Below, piece after piece: positions 40,001 to 54,500 of a stretch of DNA of 64,000 nucleotides; within the stretch, counting starts at the first letter, position 1, and each line of letters opens with the position of its first letter. Under the pieces are notes generated by a model that saw nothing but the letters and a program-made list of their open reading frames with translations, was not told where the DNA came from and did not search any database. This DNA is from Lepidodermella squamata (lineage: Eukaryota > Animalia > Gastrotricha), in the NCBI GenBank assembly GCA_047495785.1, contig JBLDXI010000019.1, positions 558,001 to 622,000 of the forward strand, read 5' to 3'. The translations under genes and the position numbers were made by a program.

Positions 40001-42223
40001 ATTTGTTACGATTCGCATTGTCATTAATTATTTTAGCTGGAAACGACTTCTTACCAACAAGTTTAAGAGGGCTATTTCTGGTGGCAAAAACGAATTCTTC
40101 GTTGAGAAAAGTCACCTTTTATCAGACTTATCGAGCTATCGATAGCCTGACTTCATTGAGCTCCATCAATCAAATAGCCACTGATCGAATCCAAGGTTAC
40201 TTGACCATGGAAATCTCAATAACTCCAGCAAGTGGCTGGGTATAAAATATCAACTTGTATACATCTGATTTCGCGTTTCATCTTTATCTTTTATTCGCAG
40301 GGTACAGTGATTTTGTCTAACAAAACGGAATATCAATTAGCCGCAGGTAATGCTTCGGGAATATATACCTCTGGACCATGGATCGTCGGAGTCGCTGCGA
40401 AGAATTTGCCAAATAATCCTCTTCAAATCAGAATTTCCTCGATAACCGTTTATCGCTCGCCTCAGATCAAAAATGCGCTTATTCCTACAATCGCTGGTAA
40501 GGAATTGCAATGGTTTCTTTCATCAAATTGCAGCATGATTCTCTAAAGACAGACAGAGTGACCTGGTACCATCTGCGACCTATGACGGTTATAATTTAGG
40601 TCGGTCTTCGTGAATCAGCTTACGTATAAGCATCAAACTGTTCTCGCTTTCCAGATGATTGGATGGTGAAAGCTAAGGACAATGACAGCAATGATGCTGT
40701 GACTGATCCGCCATTCCAGTACATAACCGGGGTGCTATCACTGCAATGTAAAACAACCACTCGACAAGCTGTCATTTTCACTCGGAAGGTGTTCAACTGA
40801 AAAAGAAATTGATTATTAAGATCTTGATAATTTTTTATATGCAGCCTTTAGCCGCCGATCTTGGCTTCAACTACACGTTCCTTGTCAACGTGTCAACAAC
40901 GATTGGGTACTCAAGTGGAGCTTTCGCAATTTTGCTATCTTCTTCTGATAGTCTGCTAACTTCTGATTGGAAATGTGAGGGATATAATAATGCTGCATTT
41001 CAATTTATTTTAATTTTAAATTCTCCATTGTAGATGGTGCATCAGGGTTTTACGCTCAAAGTCCGAAGAAAGGATTTTTCTTCACTGTCAACATTGCCAC
41101 GGGTTTATTGAAATCAGTTTACATGGACGCGGGAAATAACATTTTCGAGAAAAAGCTGACACTTTCTGCGGCAGAACTCGTTGGAAGAATGGCATTTCAA
41201 CTTGAATTCAAAGGCGATAACATCTCGGTACAAAGTCAAAGTGAAACACGTTCGGCATTGAATTTTCGCTTTTCTAGATCACGGCTATCATCGGCAACCA
41301 ATCACGGTACAACGTTTTGTCGGATGAGTATGCTCATGGGCTGTCATCGAACGGACCGTGGCATTTCGGAATCGGATCTACATCCTATGATACTCCTTTT
41401 GAGATGTCTGTAGCGTCGATTGAGGCATATAGATCGGCCGTAATGACTACATCTACAACATCAACAACAACATCTCAAGCGACTGAATCTTCTACAATTG
41501 CTTCTACAACCGATCTTATGCAAGCTGATTCTACTGCGGGGAATCTATCATCGATGGCTACTGGAAAGAGCATTGTTACCACAACTGAGTCCACCATAAT
41601 AAGTCTGTACATTGTTTTTAGCTTTCATTTAGTAAAGAAGTACTATTGTTGGTAGAACTACCCGGTTTTATGGCTACAGGTGACATCATAAGAACGCCTG
41701 AACTCGGCATTTTGGATACCACAAGAGAGTGGCCTGCCGCCTTGAACGACCCTAATTCCACTATGTTCAAAAGCGTGGCGCAAGCGTTTGAATCAGCGGT
41801 GAGAATATCTGATATATCATCCTCCATTCCCTAACTGATTTTATATTAAAGATTGAAGACATTTACTGGGCAACTGGTGATTTCACTTACGTCAAAGCAA
41901 CTGTGGTCAAATTGAGTAAGGGCAGTATTATAGCCGACTACGTCGTGGCCTTGCGCAGCTTGACGCAATTATCAGAGGCAGAAATTCAAGCTAAAGTTCA
42001 AATTGCTGTTGCTCGGATAGCGGAAGCGATTGCAAAGAAGCTTGGTGAAGTCTTATCCCTGAATGTGAAATACGGTGTAACTACAGCGCGCACAACTAAA
42101 TCGGTTCTCAAGACAGATAGTTCGGTGAAAACCCGGCTTAGCAAAGCAAATCAAACTAAATTGTCCAATGTTTCGCTTTTTGTTCTGATATTTATCGCTG
42201 CGGCTTTATCTTTTGATTGGTAA
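34052..42223 (+). CDS. Array copy 5: signal peptide + LamG/ConA-like domain + four L-type lectin-like domains + stalk + SEA + GPI-like tail
   Basis: Exon 1 34052-34115 (MSFGAFLPAFLASVNLLSVEC) has a phase-1 donor GTAAGT at 34116 that joins exon 2 at 36979 in frame (S-LIAYWPLGE). GSII at 41921; ends SLFVLIFIAAALSFDW*. Confidence 0.8.
34168..36977 (-). mobile_element. Helentron/DINE-1-like (HINE) non-autonomous element in intron 1 of copy 5
   Basis: 15-bp subterminal IR GTGACGGGGGGAACC (34203-34217 / 36958-36972). Partial IR and a GTGTGTCGGTCTG tract at one end, a terminal stem-loop (34178-34199) at the other, TT-flanked on the - strand. Removal restores a 53-nt intron. Confidence 0.65.
34950..36470 (-). 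mobile_element. Highly degenerate LINE-like reverse transcriptase remnant
   Basis: Ordered eroded motifs on the - strand (QAKPHDT, YGSVIG, HVDDA, RYL) with stops and frameshifts, and an (AAAT)n-like tail at ~34951-34977. Confidence 0.35.
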
Positions 42224-42637
42224 TAAGTTGATTGAAGGCGTGAATAAAACTGCGTGAACTACCTCCAATTCATTTTCAACAACTTTTATCGGTCAAATAG
42301 AAAGGATTAATCAACAGATTATAGAAGATAGAAGAATGCTAAGCTCTAAGATGTTCACAGGGCCGCAATAATTGTCTTGGGATACAAGATTTTCAATAAG
42401 CAGTTTGCACCATGGAGCGAACGGTTTCTAATGTAAACCATTAGGGGTTTTAAAAAAGCCAAGAAATGGAGAACCCATAAGGCAAATACCGAGTAACAAG
42501 TGTTTTAAAATGATAAATAAATAAGAGATGAGTTTCGGCTGACGGGGAGAGTGGACAGATATCTTTCAAACAGATTTTCAAACATTTTCATGTGGATTTA
42601 ATTATTTAAGAATTTTCGAGCTGCGAACAGTGAAAGA

Positions 42638-45600
42638 ATGATAGTAGGCTTTCGACGCTACACTGTCGCTATTTTTCTGTGGGCCTGCGGTCACAAAGCG
42701 GTTGCTTGGACGAGTGAACCAGAGCTGAGTTTCGATGGAACATCTTCACGTATGATCGACCAGCTAGTAATTATATGCTTTTGAAGACAACTGTTTAATT
42801 AATTGCAGCTAATTGGGTAGCAGCGGCCAAAAATGCTGATACAAATATAGCAGTTGGGGCTACAATGCCATCTTCTTCGAACAGCTACGTTTTGCACCCT
42901 TCCGGGACAACTAATCGCCAAAGTTTGATGTACTGTACAAATGTAACTAGAGCATTATAAACTCTAGAGTCGACATCACGTGCTTTTCTTTCAGGTGTTG
43001 CCAGCTTCTAATTCCACCAATTTTAACATCAGTTTCACTGTTGAACTTCAAAGCGGAAGCTCTGGAGAAGGATTTGCCATTTTCTTCGTTCGACCAGATA
43101 GCTTTGGCACATCAGTCCAATGTAGAAAATTATGACACATAAATTAATGCCATCCTAACTTTTCATCTATGTAGCTTATCCTTTTCACCTGCCGGCTAAG
43201 TTCGTAGGACTTGCACTAGTCGTATCGCCAGCACTCAAATTGCTACGTTTGGCCTACGGAGACAGCTCAAACTTGTTGGATTTAACTTCATCTTCACTCT
43301 CATTGATGGAGGGGGATATTTCCCAAATGTCGACTAAAATTTACGGGAAGAACACGTATGAGTTCGTAATTAACGGCGATTACGTAACGGTATTAGATTG
43401 ATTCATACCCGAAACGACATTGTTCGCAATACTTTTTGATCAGGTGCAAATCAAGGCAGCCTCGACCACGACGTTAGGCAGTATTCTGATTCCAAGGTTT
43501 TTGGCGAATGGTCCTTGGACGTTTGGCGTGGGTGCTCATAGTAGCTCATACACTAATGAGGTCAAGGTTTACTCGATAATAACCGCAACTTCGCCATATG
43601 TACCACCGTCAACGCCATTTACCATTCAACCAACTTATACTTTCGATGGGACAAGCTTGGCTGATTGGGCAGTATCGAAGCTATTTTTTAGTTCAGGTTC
43701 CGCTGCCCCCACTCCAACGGTGAGCTCCGGCTTTGGCCTAGAATTACTGAACTCATCAGATGGAAATCGTCAAACTCGAATCTATAACAAATTGGTAAGA
43801 CTTGGGTCTGATTCTGCACATTATGATGCATCAAGATTCTTCTTAGACCATCGCACAAAACGCGGCTAATATTAAAGTTAAATTTTCGATGGTGGTTCAG
43901 CCGAACACTTTAGGAGATGGTTTCGCTTTTTTCTTTTATCCTAAAGACTTGGCAGCCAATATTCCAGGTAGATTTGGTTCCGAAAGTGTCAACATTTGAA
44001 GCTTTACTATGTGATAACAGCGCGTAGTCCTTACTTCATGGCAATGCCGTTTCGTGGGCTGGCTGTTATTGTTCAGCCGGCGAGCTCACGAGTCAAACTT
44101 GTATACTGTTACAAACAGGTTGCTTCAGTAATCCGCGATTGCCCCGCCCTTGTTCAGGATGTTCTAACTGCCCAAAGCCAAAGCCTATACGGACAGACGT
44201 CACACGAGATCACTGCCGCAGCGGATTACGTATCTGTACGTATTCTGCTTTAGTCTACATTTCCGTAACGTCTGATGACTTTCAGTATGCGTTTACTACG
44301 GCAAATGGCGTTTACAAGTTGATGGCTGATCAAGTTGCTGCGCATGGTTTTTCAACCATGCAACCGTTGGTTATGGGGATCAGCGCTTATAATAATGAAA
44401 CCTCTTCACCTTCAGCTGTTCGCTTAGTGTCAATAACATCGATGACAACAGTCGCAAAGACACTAGCAATACCGCCTGTTGTTGGGGGTAGGTTCGCTAA
44501 CAATAAATTAAAAAACCTAAACAAATGCATAAATTTTAAACTAAACAGGAAGCTATTTGCCGATTTACTCCTTCAATGGTTATGTATCGAGTAGGTCTTT
44601 ATTTAAGCAGATCAAGACAGAGAGGCTCATTTCGTTATTTCAGACACATGGCGAGTCAAAATGAAAGGATCAGACGATCTTGACGCAGCTGAGCCCAATG
44701 TTCCGAAACAACTCACCCCTAATGGTGGCATCTACATTCATCCATCTTCGACTGATCGTCAAGCAGTAATGCATGCCAACACAGTAAGATACTGACCATG
44801 TTGTGTTATTATCGATAAATTCGATTTTTCAAGTTCTTGCAACAAGGTTCATTGTTCAACTACTTGATTTCTGCGAAAGTCAATTTACCATCAACTGCAC
44901 AAGGCGACGGTTTCGCGATTTTCTTAGCGCCGAATTCATCCCTTCTAACGAATACCTGGAAATGTGATGGCGGTTGCAATTAATTTTTCATTTTTTTCAC
45001 TTTTCAGTCTTTTAGATACTAATGCAGAATTCTATGCGCAGTTTCCCTTATCAGGCCTGTTTTTAGTGGTGCTCATTCAGAGCAGGGAAGTGAAACTGGT
45101 TTATGTTCCGGAGTCGACCAGTTCCTCGATAAGCAGCTTCACGCCCGTCGTACCCAGCACTGTACTGGACGATTCAAAGTTTTTTGGTAACATAACTTAT
45201 GAGCTGAGACTAGAAGGTGATGTTGCTTCGGTAAGTTTATAAACTAATAATCTCATCTTGGTGTAAATTAGTTGATACACAGGTGACTGTGACTTCCAAC
45301 GATAAGACGGTCAGCATGGTTGTGAATCGAGCGCCCGTGCCTGGATTGTCAACGAATGGACCTTGGACACTTGCTGTCGGGACTAAAGCTGGCTCCTTGC
45401 CAATGGATCTAACTATTTACTCATTGAGAACGTATTCAATGGGTCCGCTGACTACAACTACAGCGTCCACAACTTCAACAACAATGACTACGACTTTCGC
45501 AGCTACCAGCTCGTCATCCGCGAGGACCTCGACTCCGTCAACAGCATCTGGTTCAACGTCTGGATCAGCTTCGCTAACCTCGACTGCAGCAGAGGAAACA

Positions 45601-46466
45601 AGTTCTGATCCAATGACCACAGACAAAATTCTCTTAACTACAGCTACAAATGATCTAGAGTCTACGATAGAGACTACTGAAACTTCACCCGATCTTTTAT
45701 CGACAAGTACAGAGTTCAAAAAGCAGACGACTTCTACCTACAGTACTGAAAAAGCGGCAAACCCTGCGTCTTCTACTGGATCATCGAATGTTGATCCAAG
45801 CCTCTACTTCATGAGTAAATAATTCAAATAATTTATGCAGAACATATTTTTAGCGAAATACGTTAATAGGGGCAGACGCGTCATTCAAGTTGAATGGCAA
45901 TGTAACTCTGCCTGGAGGGGTCGAAGTTTCAAGCGACAATTGGCCTGCCGAATTGAATGATACAAACTCTGATATGTTCAAAAATTTTGCTTCTGCCCTG
46001 GCTAATGCGGTTTGTGTTTCACGTTGTCCTTTGTTAACGAGATGCATCAATCCTTGCTTTCAATTAGATCAAAGAATTTTACATGGCAACTAATCAATTC
46101 AAAGAGGTCAATGTTGCGGTAACCAAGATCTCGAAAGGGAGCATTATTACCGACTATATTGTAGCTCTGCGAAGTTTGACTCAGATGACCGAAGAGCAGA
46201 TATCGGCAAAAGTGAGCGATGCTGTCAAGAAAATGGCGGCAACTGTTGTTGCAGTAGCCGGCCTTAAGCTGAAAGATGTGCAAGATGTTAGTGTGAGCAA
46301 AGTCACAGTGCTATCTTCACCAGTGATCTCGCCAACGGCGAAGGTCCCGATTTCTGATACCAAACATCAGGCCTCAAAATCAGCACGTATCCATTACATT
46401 GGAGCTCATTTCTTCGTAGGACTTATTTTATTTACGCAGCATTATTTCGTTCCTTCATCGTCTTGA
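42638..46466 (+). CDS. Array copy 6: signal peptide + three L-type lectin-like domains + stalk + SEA + GPI-like tail
   Basis: MIVGFRRYTVAIFLWACG...; lectin motifs GEGFAIFF, GDGFAFFF, GDGFAIFL; GSII at 46137. Confidence 0.85.
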
Positions 46467-46899
46467 ACTCGTTTTATAAAAGCTGTTTATCTTTGATGTC
46501 AATAAATTTAATAAGATATACGTAGTTGCTGAATGTTCTATGTACCGGGGAGCGGTACAATGTTGACAACGCCCAATGCTCTTTTCTAAAACAAATTCAG
46601 GTTTTTGAATCCGGTAAATCTGACGACACATTAGGAACCCCTTCACCTGGCGCTAATTTAAATGCCAAAAACCAGGTTGAATCCGTTTTTGGCTTAGAGC
46701 CTTTATCAGGTAAAGAAAGGTACAACGTTATCAAGCAAGGTGCAATGTTGACAATCTGGCAGAGGGGTAGCCACCAGTCCGGTTCTATATTCGATATAAA
46801 CTAAGTAAACCAAATCGATGAATCATATTTTTTGATAACATTCAACACCGTTTAACAATTTCCTTAGGGAAAATTTTCGCCTACATTTCTCGGCTAATG

Positions 46900-47228
46900 C
46901 AAAGGATTACTCGACAGCTCACAGAAGAAAGCTAAGCTCTAAGGTGTTCACAGGTCACAGGTGTTCCTAATAATTGTCTTCGAATGCAATATATTCAATC
47001 AGTAGTTCCTTGCTTGGAGCCGAAGTTTTCTAATGTAAATCATTAGGGTTATAAAAATAGCCAAGAAACGGAAAACCCGGAAGGCAAATACCGAGGAACA
47101 AGCGTTTCATAACGAAAAATAAATAACAGATGAATTTCGGCTGATAGGGAAAGTGGACAGATTCAAACAGATTGTAATTTCCAGGATTTTATTTTGTTTA
47201 GAATTTTCGAGCTCCGAACAGTGAAAAC
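46900..47228 (+). promoter_or_regulatory. Conserved upstream region of copy 7 (paralogous to ~42300-42637)
   Basis: Non-coding similarity between copies 6 and 7; TATAAAAA at 47050. Confidence 0.4.
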
Positions 47229-50200
47229 ATGAATGCAGGTTTCCGAAGCTACGTAGTCGCTATAATTTTTTGGGCATACAGTCTCTACGTGGCTGCTTGG
47301 ACGAGTGAACCAAAGCTGAGTTTCGATGGAACGTCTTCAAGTATGATCGCACAGCTATTAATTATAGGCTTCTGAAATTGAAGATGTTCAATTAATTGCA
47401 GCTAATTGGGTAGCAGCGGCCAAAAAAGCTGATTCAAATTCGGCCATCATGGCTACATTTCCATCTTCTTCGAACAACTATGTTTTACATCCTTCCGGGA
47501 CAACTAATCGCCAAAGTGTGATATACTGTCAGAATGTAACTTGAGGAAACATGCTGATTATAACCTATCACATGTGCTCTCGTTTCAGGCATTACCAGCG
47601 TCTAATTCCTCCAATTTTAACATCAGCTTCACTGTAGAACTTCAAAGTGGAAGCTCAGGGGAAGGATTTGCCATTTTCTTCGTTCGGCCAGATAGCTTTG
47701 GCACATCAGTCCAATGTAAAAAATTATGACACATAAATTAATGCCATCCCAACTTTTTTATCTATGTAGCTTATCCTTTTCACCTGCCGGCTAAGTTCAT
47801 CGGGCTTGCACTCGTCGTATCGCCAGCCCTCAAATTGCTACGTTTGGCCTATGGAGACAGCTCGAACGTGGTGAATGTTACGTCATCTCTACTCTCCTTG
47901 ATGGAGGGAGATATTTCCCAAATGTCGACTAAAATTTACGGGAAGAACACGTATGAGTTTGTAATTAACGGCGATTACGTAACGGTATTAGATTGGTTGA
48001 AACCCGAAACGACATTATCGCAACCATTTTTACTTTTAATCAGGTGCAAATCAAAGCAGCCTCGGCTACAACGTTAGCTAGCAACATCCTGATACCAAGA
48101 TTATTGGCTGATGGTCCTTGGACGTTTGGCGTGGGTGCTCATAGTAGCTCATACACTAATGAGGTCAAGGTTTACTCGATAATTACCGCATCTTCGCCAT
48201 TCGTACCAATCTCAACATCTCCATTTGGCATTTCACCAAATTATTGTTTCGATGGGACAAGCTTGGCTAATTGGTTTATAAATAAGCAAATTGTTAGCTC
48301 AGGTGGCGCTGCCGCCACTCCGACGTTGGGCTCCGGCCTTGGACTAGAGTTACTGAACTCTTTAGATGGAAATCGTCAAATTCGAATCTATAACAGATTG
48401 GTAGGATTTGGGTATGGTTCTATACATTATGATGCACCAAGATAATTCTTAGACAATCTCACAATCTGGGGCTGATATTAAGGTTAAATTTTCGATGGTG
48501 GTCCTGCCGAACACGTTAGGAGATGGTTTCGCTTTTTTCTTTTACCCTAACGGCTTGGCCCTCACTATTCCAGGTAGATTGATTCCGAAGTGTCAATATT
48601 CGAGGCTTTACCATGTATTTACTGTGTAACAGCGCGTAGTCCTTACTATATGCCGATGCCGTTTCGTGGGCTGGCCGTTGTTGTCCAGCCGGCGAACTCA
48701 CGTGTCAAACTTGTCTACTGTTACAAACAGGTTGCTTCAATGATCCGCGATTGCCCCTCCCTAGTTCCAGATTTCACTGGTCCAAGCCTATACGGACAGA
48801 CGTCACATGAGATCACAGTCACAGCGGATTACTTAACTGTACGTTTTCTGCTTGACATTACGTTTCCGCAGCATCTGATAAATTTCAGTACGCGATTAAT
48901 ACCGCGAATGGCGTTTTCAAGCTGATGGCTGATCAAGTTGCTGCGCCTGGTTATTCAACTATGGGACCGTTGGTTATGGGGATTAGCGCCTATAATCATG
49001 GAACTTCCTCCCCTTCAGCTGTTCGCTTAATTTCAATAACATCAATGAGGACATCCGCACGGACAACATTAGCACCGTCGGTTGTTGGTGGTTGGTTTGC
49101 TAACAATAAACTAAGAAGAAACCTAAAATTTGTCCGTACAGGAAGCTATATGCCGGCTTACTCTTTCAATGGATATATGTCGAGTAGATCTTTATTTGAG
49201 CGAATCCTGACAGAGAGGCATATTTTGTTATTCCAGACACTTGGCGGGTGAAAATGAAAGGATCAGACGATCTCGACGCTGCTGAGCCGAATGTTCCGAA
49301 GCAACTCATCCCTAATGGTGGCATCTACCTACATCCAGCTTCAACTAATCGTCAAGCAGTAATACATGCCAACACAGTAAGATACTGGCCATGTTGCTTG
49401 ATTATCGTTTAATTTTATTTTGCAAGCTCTTGCAACAAGGTTCATCGTTCAACTACTTGATTTCAGCTAAAGTCTATGTACCATCCACCTCACAAGGCGA
49501 CGGTTTCGCGATTTTCTTGGCGCAGAATACATCCCTTCTTGCGAATACCTGGAAATGTGACGGCAATTGCAATTAATCCTTCATTTTTAACAATTTTTTA
49601 TATTTCCAGATACTAACGGAGAATTCTATGCACAGTTTCCCTTATCTGGCCTGTTCTTAATTGTGCTCATTCAGAGCAGGGAAGTGAAACTTGTTTATGT
49701 TCCGGAGTCGACCAATTCTTCGATAAGCAGCGTCACGCCCGTAGTACCTAGCACTGTACTGGACGATTCAAAGTTTTTTGGTAACATAACTTATGAGATG
49801 AGACTGGAAGGTGATGTTGCTACTGTAAGTTTTTGAACCAATTGATTTTATCGTTGTAAATGATATGACTCGCAGGTTACGATGATTTTCAACGATAATA
49901 CTGTAAAGATGGTTGCGAATCGAGCTCCCGTGCCTGGGATTTCAGCAAATGGACCTTGGTTACTTGCATTCGGGACTAAAGCTGGCTCCTTGCCTATAGA
50001 TCTAACTCTTTACTTGTTGAGAACGTATTCAATGGGCCTGCTAACTACCACCCCGGCTTCTACAACTTCGACGACAATGAGTACGACTTTTAGATCCACG
50101 ACTACCAGCTCGTCATTTGCGGTAACTACGACTCTGTCAACAGCAGCTGATTCAACGTTTGAATCGACCACGAGTCCAGCTTCGCTAACCACGACTGAAG

Positions 50201-51323
50201 TGGAGGAAACAACCTCGGATACATCAACGGTAACAACGACGTCGTTGGATACGTCAACGCCAGAAGCTACAACAGAGTCGTCAACAGTAACAGATGAAAC
50301 AAGTTCTGATCCAATGACCACAGACAAAATTCTCTTAACCGATACATCAACTTATGAAGCAACGGCAACGACAGCTATAACTGATTCAGATTCCACGATA
50401 GAGACGACTGAAACTTCACCCGATCTTCTATCGACAACTACAGTGTTCAAAAAGCAAACGACTTCTACCTATAGTACTGTGATTACTAATTCATCGTATG
50501 AGACAACAGTTTTATCGAGGCTTTCTACCCAGACAGCAGATCCCACTTCGGCAAAGCCAACATCTACTTATATCGCTCCAACCACCAGCTCCTCACCTAC
50601 TCTGAGTGGAAAAGCGGCAAACCCTGCGTCTTCTACTGGATCATCGACCGTCGATCTGAGCCTCTACTTCATCAGTAAACAATTCAAATAATTTAAGCAT
50701 TACATACTTATAGCAAAATGCGATAATAGGGGCAGACGCGTCATTCAAGTTGAGTGGGAATGTAACTCTGCCAGGAGGGGTCGAAGTTTCAAGTGACAAT
50801 TGGCCTGTCGAATTGAATGATACAAACTCTGATATGTTCAAAATTGTCGCGCCTGTTCTGGCTAATGCGGTTTGTGTTTTTAATACTTTATTGATGAGAT
50901 GCCTCATACCTTGCATTTTAATAGATCAAAGAATTTTACATGGCAACTAATCAATTCAAAGAGGTCAACGTTGCGGTGACGAAGATCTCGAAAGGCAGCA
51001 TTATTACCGACTATATTGTAGCTCTGCGAAGTTTGACTCAGATGACCGAAGAGCAGATATCGGCAAAAGTGAGCGATGCTGTCAAAAAAATGGGGGCAAA
51101 TGGTGTTGCAGTAGCCGGCCTCAAGCTGAAAGATGTGCAAGACGTTAGCGTGAGCAAAGTCACAGTGTTATCTTCGCCAGTGATCTCGCCAACGGCGAAG
51201 GTCTCGAATTCAGAGAACAAGCACCAGGCCTCAAAATCTGTAGGTATCCATTCCACCGGAGCTCATTTCTTCGTTGGACTTGCTTTGTTTACGCAGCATT
51301 ATTTCGTTCCATCATTATCTTGA
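47229..51323 (+). CDS. Array copy 7 (recent paralog of copy 6, longer stalk)
   Basis: MNAGFRSYVVAIIFWAYSLYVAA; exon-for-exon match to copy 6; GSII at 50994. Confidence 0.85.
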
Positions 51324-51579
51324 ATTCTTTATATGAAATCTGTTGATGTTCGATGTCAATAAATCTAATGAAATATACGATGTAGTTATGTGATCTAAGC
51401 AGAGGTTTTAACATGTACGACTCGCAGGACTGAGTTCGCGAGAACGAATTCTGAAAAAAATCATCTGCAAAACTAAACAAGTTGTTGTTTTTATTTGTTT
51501 TGAATTAGCCTGTACATATCATGCAAGCGCGAATTGTAGAGGTTTTTTAAGGTTTCTCTTCGTGGAGACATTCGAAAAA

Positions 51580-54500
51580 ATGACCTACCTTTCACGTATC
51601 TTCTTGGCTATTTCTCTCGTTTCGGTTCTACGCGCTAATACGCTGAATTGGATAACAATAGCGAACCTATCATACGACGGGTCGTCGTCACGTTAGCTGA
51701 TTACCGTTAAATTTCTAGCACATCATCGCAAATTTGTCCTATTTAGAGAACTGGATGCTTGCAGAAAAGTCAAATTTTCTCAAAGTGCAAACAACGGGGG
51801 GTCTAAAGGGTTCCCCCATTTCTGTAATCTCAAAGTCCACTACTTCAGGAAGTAATAAAGCAATGTACTCAGCGAACGTAAGAAACTTTACGGTTGTATC
51901 GGTGTTTTCAAATTCTGGCTTTCATCATTTCCTAGACCTTGCCTACGTCCGGCAATTTGATGGTGTTAGTTTCAGCTACTTGCACAATGGCTTTCGACCC
52001 GGACGGAATGTCCATATTTTTCATGCCTAAAGCTGATCTGACAACCGATGGAATCAAATGTAAGAAATTATCCGATATCGTTTAACACAACAATATTTTT
52101 CATTGAGAATCGCTCTTGCAGCGTATCCATCATATCTCTCGCCTAAGTTCAAAGGCTTGGCTTTGGTTGTTAGTCCTCGAAAGAAACTGCTACGACTCGC
52201 GTATGGAGATGTGGCTGAAACAGATGTCACAAGTACCGCCGCACTGTCTCTCACTGATGGCGACTGGGACTCAGCTCGGTCTATGGTTGATGATAAGCCA
52301 GTATTCCAATTCACATTTATTGGCGATTACGTCACCGTTTGTTCTGAGCAAGCAATTTAACGCCTATTAAGATCAATTCCCCATTAGGTCAACATGACTG
52401 CATCATCAAAATCTTTGCAAATAGCTACCGATGTTCCAATTCCGAAATTTCTGAAATCCGGCCCGTGGGTTATTGGCGTCGGTGCAAGTAATTCCGACTA
52501 CGATAACGTAGTATCTGTCTCATCGATAACGACGAAATCCGCTGAAACCGGGACGACAGTGGCAACTGACCAGTTTACGAGGCTAAAAGATCTCAGTTTT
52601 GACGGCGCTGATCTTACCAATTGGCTACGGGAAATGCAAAGTCCCTCGAACGGTTTCAAACTCCCACCACCGGTTATCAACTCTAATTTTGGCTTGCGAA
52701 TGCTCGACTCGACAACCGATAGGTCTGCCCGCGTAGTCAGCAAATCAGTAAGAAAACTTGACTATTCAGTCTGATATAACGCTATTTCGATTTCACCTCG
52801 AAGTCACTGACGCTATCAGGTACAAATTTCGTCATAACGTTTTCTATCGTTATTCAACCGGATGCGAAAGGAGAGGGATTTGCATTTCTGTTGTATCCGA
52901 AAGATTTAAACAGCAGCTTGGGTGAGCCGTAGTATATTAGTTATGCGGAAAACATCATTCATATATCATAGGATTTCCTTACTCCGCCCCAATGCCTTTC
53001 CGAGGACTCGCTATCATTATTAACCCACGCGATGGTGCGAGTATTCAATTGTCGCATTGCTATGAGCCGGTTGATTCTGTTCTGAATTGCCCCATTCGCG
53101 GGAGCAAAGTCCCGAAGCAACAAATATTCGGATATACGTTTCACAGGGTGGAGATATTTGGTAACTCCGTCTCTGTATGTTTCGCATAAATCTTAGTACA
53201 GACTAAGAACAAAAAATGTCGTTTTTCCTGTGAAATAGTATGCTTACAATTCAGCAAGCGGCGTTACCACGATGATTGCTTCTAACATAAGTGTTGGCAG
53301 TCTAGCAACCATGGGACCTCTTGTTCTCGGTTTTGCGGCTACTGCAATCAAAACGATATCTCCTGTTCGTCTGCTGTCAGTTAACACGATGAAAGGCCCG
53401 ACAAGAGCTGCCAGCCCGCCGCCAGTGGAAGAAAGTACGATTTACGCCTTTAAATGTCTTCAATCTCATCAGTATCACAAATTACAGGATTGACATATCT
53501 CAACGAATATTCTTTCGATGGTTACATATTAGGTGAGATTTCAATGTAGCTTTGAACGATGTAGTCATATTTTCTATATCAGACAACTGGGTCGTCAAAA
53601 AGAGGGAAACGAGTGGAAAGTACGCCCTTACAGCGAGCTCTCCTTATCTGCTGAATTTCGGAGGTATTTTCCTGCATCCAACTGCTACTACGGCGCAACA
53701 AGCTGTTATGTACTGCAATAATGTTAGTCACTATGCGTCGCGCCTTTCAATTGCGTCTAACCGGGCTCTTTTCTATAGGCATTTCTTCAGGGCGAAAGCT
53801 TCAGATATCACATTTCAGTCAAGCTGAACGTGAACGCATCATCAGCTGGCGATGCATTCAGCTTGTTCCTGGCTCCACTCAATTCTCTGAACACATCTGA
53901 TTCATCTTGGCAAAGTAAACTTATCATTTCAGTTTGCCCAAGCAAAATCCTATTGCTTCAGGTCCCAGTGGTGGTTTCTACGCGCAATACCCACTATCTG
54001 GCGTTCAGATCATGATAATTCCCGTCAACGTTGATACGTTCAAATTGAAAGTCGTGTACAAGAATCCGCCAATTTCATCAACATTCGAAGATGAAACTCC
54101 CTTGGGTAAAGAGGTGAATCTCAACAAAGATATCTCCCTCGGGAACATACAATTCAATATTACGTTTGGGGAAGATTTCTTCAGCGTATGTTATTACTTC
54201 TTCTCATCCTTTAAGGCTAGTGCCTTCCTTCAAAATTTAGATCAATATGGTTGCAAGTGATGGAACGGTGAAGTACCCTGCTACCAACCTACCAGTGCCA
54301 GGCATATCTACCAGTGGGCCTTGGCATTTTGGAATCGGAACTCGAAGCTCTTCGAATGTAATGGAGTTGAGAGTGTTAACTATTTATACGTATTACATTG
54401 GGGAAATGACCACTACCACCTCAACCACCGCAGCCACCACAACCGATCCAACGACACCTACTTCCCCGACCACCGAGGAACAGAGTTCACCAGTTACGGA

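Noticed and set aside
46526-46804. Intergenic ORF with an ankyrin-like GANLNAKN word
   Set aside because: Single short motif, no ATG start, no repeat periodicity.
2057-50327. Val-rich minus-strand ORFs (2057-2344, 19204-19509, 26460-26696, 45417-45719, 50010-50327)
   Set aside because: Antisense shadows of the Thr/Ser-rich stalk exons.
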